Source: Tubulanus polymorphus
Taxonomy: Eukaryota > Animalia > Nemertea
Assembly: GCF_964204645.1 (NCBI RefSeq)
Contig: NC_134033.1
Coordinates: 9,742,655 to 9,806,654 of the forward strand
Reading direction: 5' to 3'
DNA: 64,000 nt
Each line of letters starts with the position of its first letter. The stretch's first letter is position 1. The translations under genes and the position numbers were made by a program. The notes under the pieces are model-generated. The model did no database searches, was not told the DNA's origin, and saw nothing but the letters and a program-made list of their open reading frames with translations. Shown here in pieces: positions 12,573-24,716 of this stretch.

Positions 12573-12618
12573 TTATTTCTGAAGATGACTATTAGGACAT
12601 AGACGAAACGTTGAATAA
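12573..12618 (+). ncRNA. Minimal type-I hammerhead ribozyme in a Penelope-like element remnant
   Basis: TTATTT-CTGAAGA-(imperfect stem II GACTAT..ATAGAC)-GAAAC-GTT-GAATAA; stem I TTATTT/GAATAA pairs; AATAAA follows. Confidence 0.6.
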
Positions 12619-13339
12619 ACTACTAACATTTTTGGACTTTTTCGTTATCATTGTGGGATTCTCTCTACATCGCTTCAGACGGATATAGTGTTTTATCAAT
12701 CGTGATATCGGTTCTTTCCGCTGTATTAAAATGGCAACGGTTGTCAACGAAATTATAAATGATGACGATTTTGACGATCTATTCTTTGATAGTGACGAAT
12801 TGGTTCAGATCCATACGGAAATATTACGGGAATCCTCTGGATCAGGATCAACTAATTCGGCCGATTCTAGTGAGTGTTATTCCTTTTGAATCAATGAAAT
12901 ATCGGAATAGTTTCCACCTAATTGCAGGCACTTTATTCTTTCCTTTTCTTTTTCATATAGGTACTTCTCAGGCTCAGCTGACCAGAGACTGCGATCTGAA
13001 CACGAGAAAACACACATACAGGTATTTTTTACATTTATTTTTATAATCAATACAATCCTTTTAGGTTATAAAATAATAAACGAATACAGAAAATAATATA
13101 TAAACATAATATAAAAAATCCAGATAAGTACATGTTAAAATAATAATCATTATTATTATTTTCGCAGGAACACTATATATTTGGAAAAGGCTATGACTGA
13201 AATGATTAACCATCGAGTATTTAAATTCAGTTCAAATGGAATGGCAGCAGTACATAATGGAAAATCGATCGATAAAATTTTGACTACAAATACGTCGCCG
13301 TCCAGACTTGGAATTAACCAGTGGTTTACAAAAATTCAA

Positions 13340-13641
13340 GATACATTATGTTCCGCCATTCACATAAGCACTGCGAAAGATTTGGATAAAATGTGGGCAA
13401 AGTTTCATGTTGTGATAGTCACAGGGACAGTTTTTTTAACGTTTTTGTTCTTACGCCATTTTTGTAATTTGACACGACACATATTACAGATATATATCGG
13501 GTACTGTTCAGTATCATCATCAAAATCAATGTTGAACAACTCCTTCACATGGCTTTTGAAATTATTTTTATCGATAGGACGACGATCCGGAGGTTTCGCA
13601 TTTTTTCCACACAATCGACAAAGATCCATGACTAAAAACAA
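13340..13641 (-). pseudogene. Chapaev/RAG1-N-terminal-like Zn-finger fragment
   Basis: LCRLCG...LFNIDFDDDTEQYPIYICNMC...; after a frameshift LPTFYPNLSQCLC. Confidence 0.55.
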
Positions 13642-14516
13642 GAAAAGGTTAATTAAATGAGATTGCTGATGCTATTTAGGCAACTTGGTTTATATGGGGG
13701 ACAATAATTTGTAGGCCTAATGTAAGCGTTATTAAGTAACATTATTATGTAGTAAATACACATTTTAAAGATCATACTTCGTGTATATGTTTGTGTCGTA
13801 ACATAGCAACATGACGTCAGAAACGAAAGCTGCGCGAGTCTGGGCCGAAATATTTGACATCTTCAAGGCCCAAATAACGCTAAACCCGGAATCGGAACGA
13901 ACTGGCAAAAACATATGTTTAACACATAAAAACAGACTTTAATCACAATATAAATACTTAATGTTCCGATTCCGGGTTTCGGAGATATAGAAGAATAAAA
14001 ATACATACCTTTTTGGACAAATTTTACGAGAAATTGTTGAATTTCAACCGATTTTCTAAAGAAAAATATGTGTATACACAGCCACTTCCACGTGGTTCAA
14101 TAAACTGCAGTGCGCATGCGTAGTATCGATCGCAGAACATTTATCGGGCTAAAACTATTGCGGGTTGTTCTGCGACCGAATCAAAGTTGATGTTGACTGG
14201 TGTTCAGCTGGTAACACACACTCGATAAGCGTAGCTTACTGCTGTTGCGGTAACCTTTGATGTACGGGCTGAATTGAATAGCCTACATCCGGCAATTAAA
14301 AGCGTCCGTATTCCATCTCATCACACTTCCCTGGTTGATCATATGTCATATTATTTTTTCGTTAGGTTAATTACCTAAGCGCAGGCCAACTTTAATCAGT
14401 TTTATACTTTATCTAATGACAATGGCATAATTATAGTTGCCACAAGCAATAAGGCATACACAATCAAATCTAATCTGATCAGCCCTGCGGGTGCAATTAT
14501 ATACGTAGTCTACTGT

Positions 14517-15490
14517 CGTCAACCTGCCCTGAGAGGCCAGTTTAACTACTGCAGTTTGAGTTCTGCAGATCACCTGCCCTGAGAGGCCAGTTCAACTGCT
14601 GCAGTTTGACTTCAGATATCGACCTGCCCTGAGAGGCCAGTTCAACTGCTGCAGTTTGACTTCAGATATCGACCTGCCCTGAGAGGCCAGTTCAACTGCT
14701 GCAGATTGACTTCCGATGTCAAGCTGCCCTGAGAGGCCACTTTCAGTCTGCAGAAATCAATCTGCCCTGAGAGGCCACTTTCATTCTGCAGAAATCAACC
14801 TGCCCTGAGAGGCCAGTTTCATTCTGCAGATATCACCTGTCCTGAGAGGCCAGTTTCATTCTGCAGATATCACCTGTCCTGAGAGGCCAGTTTAAACTGA
14901 TGCAGTTTGACTTCTGTAGATCACCTGCCCTGAGAGGCCAGTTTCATTGCTGCAGAAATCAACCTGCCCTGAGAGGCCACTTTCATTCTGCAGAAATCAA
15001 CCTGCCCTGAGAGGCAAGTTTAACTGCTGCAGTTTGACTTCCGATATCAACCTGCCCTGAGAGGCTAGTTCAACTGCTGCAGATTGACTTCCGATGTCAA
15101 CCTGCCCTGAGGCCAGTTTTGATTCTGCAGAAATCAACCTGCCCTGAGAGGCCAGTTTCATTCTGCAGATATCACCTGCCCTGAGAGGCCAGTTCAACTG
15201 CTGCAGATTGATTTCCGATATCAACCTGCCCTGAGAGGCCAGTTTAACTGCTGCAGTTTTAGTTCTGATATCAACCTGCCCTGAGAGGCCAATTCCATTC
15301 TGCAGATATCAACCTGCCCTGAGAGGCCAGTTTCGTTCTGCAGAAATCAACCTGCCCTGAGGCCAGTTTTGATTCTGCAGAAATCAACCTGCCCTGAGAG
15401 GCCAGTTTCACTCTGGAGATATCACCTGCCCTGAGAGGCTAGTTTAACTGCTGCAGTTTGACTTCCGATATCAACCTGCCCTGAGGGGCC
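14517..15490 (+). repeat. Minisatellite of ~39/54-bp units built on CCTGCCCTGAGAGGCCA
   Basis: ~20 copies of the same core that occurs in the host MULE TIRs. Confidence 0.9.
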
Positions 15491-17315
15491 ATTTGTTGCA
15501 AGTGCATTCATATTTATTGATGCAAACAATGTATAGAAATACGTATGCAATTGTAACACAAGAAAGTGAAGTGCAAAGAAATTGGTCGAAGAAACATAGC
15601 ACGTTAATTGTAAATTATAGATTACAAATAAAAACAGCGCCGCTTGGAATCATATAATTTAATTGTTACAAAAACTTGTATCATCGTTATCATTAATTAC
15701 CTAACATAGCAGCAAAATACTATTCCTGAGAATAATTGTGATTTTTCTTCTTCATTAAGTTATAGATGAAATTTTTGATGATGTTTTGATAAGAAATGTT
15801 CCCACAGAAAAAAGTTTTTTTCATTTCTTTATTTCTATGAAAAATATTAGTATTTTTTAATTTGTTTCTGAAAAATACCAATTCTAATTCTATTTTCTTA
15901 TATATTTCAACAAAAATTTTAAATATTTTGATTTTAGTTGTAACTTTTGTTTCCCTATCGTCTTGACTTTTTAACTGTTTTAGCTTAATATGATTAAAAG
16001 CATTTGTATTTCTTAATTTATTTCTATAGAATACAGCGTAGTCTTCTATTGTATGATCGAAAACTTTAGTTTGAATCTCGAATATCCCGATCACCTTGCC
16101 ACCATTTCAGCTCTCTGTTGAATGGGTTTTCATTTTCTATTGATTCAAACGACTGGCCTCTCAGGGCAGTTCCTGCCCTGAGGAGCCATGTGGCCTCTTA
16201 GGGCAGGTTCTGGAAATTCTGCAGAATGACTCATATGTCACAGCTTGATTCATTTTTCATATTAAGAAGAAATCATAGCGATTCGAAAACAAACTCATTC
16301 ATGTGGAGTAGAAAACACTCAAAATACATTAAATGTTTTGAATCAAACAGGAAAGAAAGTCAACTACAATATTGAAATTGTACTGTAGAGTGCCTAAGCA
16401 TTAAATTAATGAAGAAATTACCAATTCGTAGTTCAAATTTGGAAAATTGAAGACTTATGCCAGGGGGCGGGTGGAAAGAAGATGAAACTGAAACTCCAAG
16501 ATTTGATTCATTTCTGAAATTTTGGAAAGATAGAAAATTATGAGGTAGCACAAGATCAAATGGAATTTAATTTTCTGCGAGAAAAGAACTTGAGATATTT
16601 CTTAATTAGTCTCGTTACCACTGTCTGGTAAAAAGATAGTATTTCAACTTAGATAAACGGTGTATTATCAAGAATTTTTTTATGGTTCAAACCTTGTGGA
16701 ACCATAATGTAACCAATGACATTTCTATATGGTGAAACTGAGAGGGTTTTTGCAAGATAGAGGAATTTTGACCCGGTGATTAATCTAGAAATAGCTCCAT
16801 TTGAAAATAAATGGAAGTCGATAAAATTACATCGCATACGGTACCTCCTAAAAGAAAAAAATGGAATACGGTACGCGTTGAAACGCATCAATCGGAAAAT
16901 AATTTTCTGCCAGAAAAAAATCGAATTAGCAGGAAATACAAACGTCAGTTCAAAAAATTGATTTGTCTTGCGAAAAATATTCAGTTGTTTCGTCCACCGG
17001 GAATATCGAGTACCGGGGAAATTACAGTTCAAAATAAGCAGTGCACGTGGCCAGCGGTAAGCTTACCGAATTCCTTTGGCGAAAGATGGGACGGAGAATA
17101 TAATGTTTTTTGCCGCTTCTTAAGTCGTCATTATTTGAATAAATAACCGAATCGGGAACAAGTGGCGAACAACGATTTTTAGTAAGAAGGGTCAACTAAC
17201 TATAATCTGTAGAGGTCGATGTATGGTCAATGGGAATGAGCAGGTTCGGGAATATTGTCACGACTACCGTACGGTATGTCATAGTCGGTCCAGGTTTTGT
17301 ATTTCTTATGTTTTC

Positions 17316-20300
17316 GGGTCATTCTCCAAAAAAGTTGTTTTTTGTGTTTCACAAAATGGAAACGAGATTTGGACACAAGACGAACTCCAAGAAGTAACAT
17401 TTTACCTTGACAACATCAGTATATTCAACAGATTGTCCGAAGCAAATAAAATGTGAAAATTTCAACGAATAAATACAATCATTTATTTTTATCTATCAAG
17501 GCATAACACAAATTTCAATGTCCCAGATAAGGCTTCATGTAGTTCATCCACAGATTTTACGGCAATTAATGGATTAATTACACTTTTTTGTGTGTTATAT
17601 AGAAAAATGATGTGGCATATTTACATAAGTTGTGATATTTTAATAATAGTTACTGTTATAATGATAAACAAGAAAATTAACTTTAATAAATTATTTGACG
17701 CCTGCGAAAAAATGTAGAATTTCTGGGATAAGCTAATGTGGAATTGCAAATTTGAAATCGAAGTTTTAAGAAATTTGGGGAATTATGAGATTTGGCGATT
17801 GGGTAGATGATACAGTCTTCGACTGGTCTAATTTTAAAAAAAATTGTCAACTTGTGACCGATTTCGATTCACTTTTGCCTCTAAGCTGGTCTGCAACTTC
17901 ATTGCCTCCATGGTTGGAGAAAGAGCTCTTCTGATGTCTGCTTCATCATGACTTCGAGCATATCGTGTAGCCAGCCGGCCCGGTCGACCGGGATCCCGGT
18001 TTGGCTGTAACTCGATATCCTAGACTTGAGTCTGGGTTGAAGTAGACATTGTCATTTAAATAACTTATTCATGTTATTCTGTATGAATTACCCGTGTGTC
18101 TTGTATTTTGTATGTTCTTAGTTTAAAATTTGTAACTTTATTGAATTTGGGAATTTTATCCCGGAATTTCAATGAAATAAGGATCAATAAAGTATTGAAT
18201 TGAATTGTCACCTTATACACATGCCATCAGTGACAGTTATGCTATTATAAATTGCTAATCTCATGAAACCTGCATACCTCTAATATCGAACATATTTTCT
18301 AAAACATTTGAATATTGAAATTATATGTTTACACGTTTTTATATAGACCGCTTGTAGCCGCCGATGAAATTCACGCCGGCCCTACTCAGATCGTAGATAG
18401 CTTCGTCATTCCACTAGCATCCCCAAGTCAGGGTCTGACTTTTATATCAGACTTCCAAATCGTGTATACATCCGCCATTTAACCGAATAATCCGATTTAC
18501 TTATCATTTCTATCTATGCCTGACGCTCCTGATATAATCATACATCCTTTACTATTACAATACGTCTTCTCATGATATTCAACGCAATATAACATTTCGA
18601 CGTTCAAATATAGGTCATTATCTAATCACAGGGAGCCATTCTACATCTTTATCAATAATATTTTGCCAAATGGCTTGTATGTGTACGTTTTGCACATCGA
18701 TTTACGGTTGTCGTTTGTAAAATGACGCTGAATGGTTAGCATTGATTAGGTTTCATAATGGTAACGTTTTATAAGGCGTCAAAAAATCAAATCTCAACCG
18801 ATGTCCCTAAATAATTTGTCAACTCCGTGACATTGAACGGAAAGTGAGTATAACACTAGAAATATTGATTTAATTTTGGTTATTTCGCACACCATGGTTA
18901 CGTCATCGCACATTTTATGGATTATTAGCCACTATTGCGATGATCTGAAGTAGGCCGCGATAAAAAAGTAAGTTTGCCCGAACGTTTAACCTCGTATTCT
19001 TTCTACCTGTCAATTCCGAGACGACTGTTACGTAGACATATGTAGAATTGTAGCATTGACTTGTAACATTTCAGGAGAAATCTCCGCTTAGTACCTTATA
19101 ACAAAACAGTCTTCATGGGAATTGCGTGTGCTTATTAAGTGGCATATATTCTACTTTTCATGAAAATGTCAATTCCGTGACGGTCTATTCCGTGACAATT
19201 CCACTTATAACTTTTGTCACGAAATACATAATTTTTCGACGAAAACCTCCAGTTTTATCGGAGTGAATAGTTCTGCTTACATCGCTGCTGTATAATCTCT
19301 AATAATCTTGCATTATTTGATAGATAAAATCCTAAATTTACACTACCGGTATCTACGTATTCTAGCTGAAGCGGATCTAACTCAGTCGTGTCTAAAGAAC
19401 GGACACGGAAATGGCGGGATAATTTGAAATCAGATGCAATTCGTTATGCAGAGTATCTGGCAAAAGACAGAGCCCAAAAAAAGTTGATAAAGAAAAAGGG
19501 AAAATTAAACCAATTATACAGCTATATGAACGAGGAAAAAGAAAACAACTAAGCTAATGAAGCACTGAAATTTGCTGAGGCGCAATAGCCTCCAAATACC
19601 CCACCATATTTGCCTGCGGAACTGGGTGGTGTAGACGGTAGACAACGAGCTGCCCCCAAAAAAGAAAAATGCAAATTTCCAGACTAAATAGAGAGAATGT
19701 TCGGTTGGAAAAAGAGTCAGAAAACAAAGACAGATTTAACAAAGACAGAAAAGTACAGAAAGAGGGGATATTGAGGCCAGAAAAAGACTGAAATAAGCAA
19801 GCATACAACTCCAAGAACTAAGACGAAAGAACTATCAAAGAAAGCATTATGTTCACAGAAGGTGAGAAAAGCATAACGTATTGTTAGAAAGTCTGCGTCG
19901 GGAATACAAGAAAAATAAAAGTAACAGGAACAAGCAGAACTATAGACGGATTTGTGCTAACAAAATCATCAAGCATTATAAACTTTCGGTACGTCATGAA
20001 TTAGGGGTACACAAAAGACATACAAGAAACCCGGGAAGTCACCCTTAAACACTGAAGTTAAAGATGATGTTTCAAACTTTTCCTCAGAGAAGATAACAGC
20101 CATGCTACTGCTGGAAAAAAAGCAATCAGTTAAATTCGAGAAAGAAAAGAAACAGAAATATTTTCTGAAAGACACAGTACAAAATATTCATGCGAAATAC
20201 ATATCAGAAAACCCCCGCTGTGTCAATTTCCTATGAATCTTTCTGCCGGCTTCGACCATTTTATATGAAATATCCAACACTCAAGGATCGCGACGTATGC

Positions 20301-21706
20301 CTCTGCAAGATTCATGATAATATGGAGTTCATGTATGAAAAGCTACGAAAGCTACTCTGGTGCAGTAGAATATCATACGAATGTCGAGTATCTGATTGAC
20401 TCCCTCGTATGTGATACAGGAAATTTCGATTGTGCATACGGATAATGCAAACAATGTATAGATAAAGTAGTAAGAATTAACAAGGAGAAAATTGATAGAT
20501 CTACACAAGTCCAATGGTTTGTTTGGAAAAACCAGGTAGAGGAAAGATTTTTAAAAAAGACTCATGAACAAGTTGAATATAGCACAGTTGTGAAATCGCA
20601 TGAAGAAACAAGTCTTGATGTTTTGATAAACAAATTTGAGATTTCCATTAGGAAATCGGTAAAACAGGTATTCAACGTAAGAACACAGTATTCAGAGGAA
20701 TACGCAAGCGGCGTCAGAACCTGAGTAACGAATAGGCTTGGTGCATATGGATTTTTCGGAAAATAGGAATTGCAGATACAGTCGAGAAATAACCAGCGTC
20801 CACTTAGGAGCTTCTAGTAAATTTGCCAGTCTTCACGATCGAATCGTATATTTCAATGGCAGTTCGGAGTCATTTTGCTCTATTTTAGACTCAGACATGA
20901 TGCTGTCGGAATTTCTGGGCTCATTTGATACCCTAACTGAATGAAATTCGAGAAAATCATGAGACATCCGTCCTGCATTGTATATCCGGTTCTCCATCGT
21001 CGCAGTATCGTGGATGCAAGAATTTGTTTCTGATGAGCTATACCATTCAAACTGGGATTCAAGAAGGTCAGTGTTACTTAATGTAAAGTGATCAAATCAT
21101 TTCTATTCTTCCGTATTTTTGTAACAACAACAATAACGAACAAATTCTAGTGTAAACAGAATAGTGTATATTTCAGGCCTTATGGCACTTCTTGGAAGCA
21201 GGTCATGGAAAAGGTCCGGCTGATGGGGTAGGCGCTGCAATCAAAAGAAATTGAGATCGGCTTGTTTCGAATGGTACATACATACCGGATGCACAAACTC
21301 TTTACAAATGTCTTCAAGAGAACACAAGCGTCAAATTATTCTACGTTCCGGAATCAATTGTGGAGGACATTGACAAATACCTGCAACTAGAACTCCCTAC
21401 ATACAAAGGGACAATGAATGTTCATCAGGTATATACATGTATTGTATTTTCACAATTCTAAGGGATCTCCAAGATGAATCGACCAGAACTTTGAACCTAA
21501 AAATTGTGGATGGATTTTCCTTTCAGGCATTCTCAAGATACCTGTTCAATCTAAGCTGCAAAGAGGTATGTGTATGTGTACGTGTATGTGTAAAGGAAGT
21601 ACTGAATTCTGTAACTGTTTATCCCCTGGGGATATCCCCCAAAACTGAAAGATGAAAATGGAAATATTCATATTGAAGTAAACTTTATTATTTAAAATCA
21701 GTGCAG
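17316..21706 (+). mobile_element. Decayed Sola2-like DNA transposon, copy A (transposase remnant ~19388-21650, with introns)
   Basis: SYESFCRLRPF..RDVCLCKIHDN, HMDFSEN, SPSSQYR, WHFLEAGHGKGPADGVGAAIKR motifs; GT-AG introns ~21067-21176 and ~21429-21526; homology to copy B begins exactly at GGGTCATTCTCC (17316). Confidence 0.7.
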
Positions 21707-23582
21707 ATTATATACAGTAAACTCCGCGTAAGTCGGATCAATTAATACCCAATAATTTCGTCCGACATAGCCGGAATCCGACTTGGAAGACCAATTCTTT
21801 TTGATGGGTTTCGTCGTCATGTCTGTCTGTCTGTCTCTGTCCGTCTGTGGATGTTTCTTTATGACACGATTTAAGCTGTTTGTGTGGACCGACAATTCTG
21901 TAATTTCACACAGGTATTCTCTACTTGATGTAGATGGTGCAGCTTGGTTTATATTTGATTCCGATGGTTATAAGTGCTCTAATTTGGTTAAAAGATAATT
22001 AACGTTACTCGCTAGTTCAAGCCGCTGTATAGCGCGTTGCTACGACGACGCTCGATCAACATACTGGTACTCGCTGTGTAATACTGAACACGTATATACC
22101 TGTAGATATTGATCGTACTAGCACCGGTTTTAGATAGCGCGCGCGCTGATCGGTCTTAACACTTCTCGGAACTGCTGTGCTAAATGCTGAGAGGCCGAAT
22201 CTATGCGCAATCATTTATTGGGCTCGTCACATTTGATAGTGAATGGATAAATAACCGGTGTCGCCGTTTTATAAGCTTACCGATGATTCTTCTAGTATTT
22301 TCAGGGTCACAAGACATGACGAAGTCGCAAAGTTTTGTACAAATTTCACGAAACAAACAATTATTTAGGCGGCACCTGATCTATTGATTAATTATGATAA
22401 ATAATGTTTATTTCATTAAAAATTTGTTTTATTCAAACACTACTTTCATCGCACATAGCGTGATCGGTAGGCCCTACTATTCTACGGTAGGCCATGGACT
22501 CTTTCATGTGGTAGGCCTATTACAAATGATACAATCCGCGTGTCCGTGAATAAGTGACACGTGGTGGGGCGGGTTGTGAGGAGCATCGAAACTAATCCGT
22601 CACAAATAATAGATAGAAAACAATACCTTAAGAGGTTAACTTTTATTAACATCATTACCAAATCAAAACCTGCACATCCTATCATAAATAGAAATTCTAA
22701 GAATTTATTTCAAAGAATAATAAATTACGTCTTAATATTGGGATTCGAACTCGTAGCATCGATTCAGGTGCCTTTCCCAAAGCGGGTATCCCGCGGGGAA
22801 AACCCATTACTATTTATATCGAGAATCGCCTTTTTGACAGCGAGTTCGGTGAATGAAACAGAAACAATTACACAGAAACCCATCATGGAAAGTTTCTTTC
22901 TGGTTGATATTTTGGAACCATGGACTATGGTTGCTGATATAAGGTTTATTCACTGTAAAAACTGTTATATGCAGAAAACAAAACGTAACCAATAATCAAA
23001 TGTTTACTATTTGAATAAGTAACCTCAGTTTTTGTTTGTTTGCGGCTTGTATCATCTGTCTGTGCAGTCGGATACTGGACTTTACCGGTCCATCACACCA
23101 CCCCCCACTAATTTTTGTATCCGACAACAAACAATAATAGTCTATTCACATGAATACATAGTCCATTGAGATAAAATGAGAATGGAACGCTACAGACAAG
23201 AACAACCATTTGTAGGTTTCCTGTCTCGTAACGCCTAAGGAACATCAGGCCACCATATCGACGAATCACAGTTGTTGAACCGTGATTGTATCAGCAAAAA
23301 TATCTGCACCAGTAGGATGGACCGCAAAACCATTCACACGCGAGTTTGACAGCCAGTGGGACGTCTAGGTGGTAGTCGACAGCCAGTGTGGTATCCAGGT
23401 CAAGTCCGGTTGCTAGTGTGGCATCTAGGTTGCATACATATGACCTGAAAAACAAGAAAAGACAGAAACGGAGAGTACTCTGTTGATTTGAGTAAACAAC
23501 AACTTTTAGTTGTTATGACATTTGCAGTGGGTGGGGGGTAGTGAACCATTGATAGGTACTACTCCCGAACCATGATTCAGGA

Positions 23583-24412
23583 TTAACCGCGGGTTATATA
23601 GCACAGGATGTGCCTCATGATCCACTTCGGAACCTGACCCTTATAATGGATACCATTAAAATTGGTAGGTTTCAGCTCCGGGTGTGGTATCTCAATGAAG
23701 CCAACCTCTTCGCTTTGCGGTTAATTCAGTTGATGCGCCGCACAGCACCTGCGTTCCCTTCGAGACAGGGAGGGACAGGGCCTTCCAGGTGATACAGCGG
23801 AGTTTTTGGGTACCTCTTCCGCAACAAACTACGAAGCTCCTGGAGACCCATAGTGGTGTGTCTCTCAAACTCACGCGTGTGGTTCATACCGTGGTTGAAT
23901 ACGACGGCTGAACAGTTCACCTGGACTCCCTTGAGATAGTCCAGTAGACCGCTGACTCGCTCCCCTGGATGGCTGATCGGAGTCACCAGGGAGTCGGCTC
24001 TCAGATTCTTAAACATGGAGTCCGACAACAGTAGCACGGGCGGGCGTGTTCGGATTGCTCGAGACTCAATCTTTTGTAGTTTGCCGTCTAAGTCCTCCAG
24101 ATCACCACCGACTTAGTGTACCAAGGACTTCAACATTGTGGCCACCATGTCGAATCTGGGCCGCGTATTATTTGCTTAAAGCCTTGGCAAGGACCTCGAT
24201 AGGGCAGTCTTAATGCCCATCACCACGGCTCCTGTTACCAATGAAGCAGGATTCAAAAGTTCATCTTCTGCGGCTTCCACTAACTCATGACTGTCTGGTG
24301 GTGATGCGGTGTCAGGGCGTAGCAGAAAATCACATACGGCTCGACTGAATGCTCGATTCTTCCCGATTACAGCAGAACCACATTTTACTCGGTCTAATTC
24401 GACAGCTTCCAT
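23583..24412 (-). pseudogene. Gypsy ORF3, SGNH/GDSL hydrolase (3 stops, 1 frameshift)
   Basis: MEAVELD..VTGAVVMGIKT..VLLLSDSMF..SHPGERV..HGMNH..LYHLEGPVPPC..HPELKPTNFNGIHYK; collinear with ORF 44888-45721. Confidence 0.85.
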
Positions 24413-24716
24413 TTTGCTTTCTCAAGGGTTCACTATAATGAAGAAACAACAAATAATTCGTTTAATAAAATGTGTGGGTTATCGACTAAAAACGTCTTGA
24501 GTGTATACATATGGCTATACACAGATTTGATCCACCAGTCATCAAGTATGTGATCAGTTTCCCTTGTGGGCAAGTGCCAACTATCACAGTTGAACTATGC
24601 GGCACCTCGACAACCATTTGAGGGTACTCGAGAAACCAGTTGAGCTACTTTCTGCACAGGGGAAATCCCAAACCCAAGCCAACATTACTAAACCACTTAG
24701 GGTGAGCATTGTTTGC

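Larger units (their letters stand above)
12113..14333 (-). mobile_element. TIR element with CAG termini and 7-bp TSD (P-element-like), nested in the MULE
   Basis: 33-bp TIR CAGGGAAGTGTGATGAGATGGAATACGGACGCT at both ends; TSD GTTGATC at 12106-12112 and 14334-14340. Confidence 0.85.
11565..16236. mobile_element. Non-autonomous MULE (long TIRs, 9-bp TSD)
   Basis: ~85-bp imperfect TIRs (GGGTCATTCT..GACCTGCCCTGAGAGG.. / ..GGGCAGGTTC..AGAATGACTC); TSD GTCACAGCT at 11556-11564 and 16237-16245. Confidence 0.85.

Noticed and set aside
15720-17456. Short AT-rich ORFs
   Set aside because: No recognisable motifs; overlapping frames consistent with chance.
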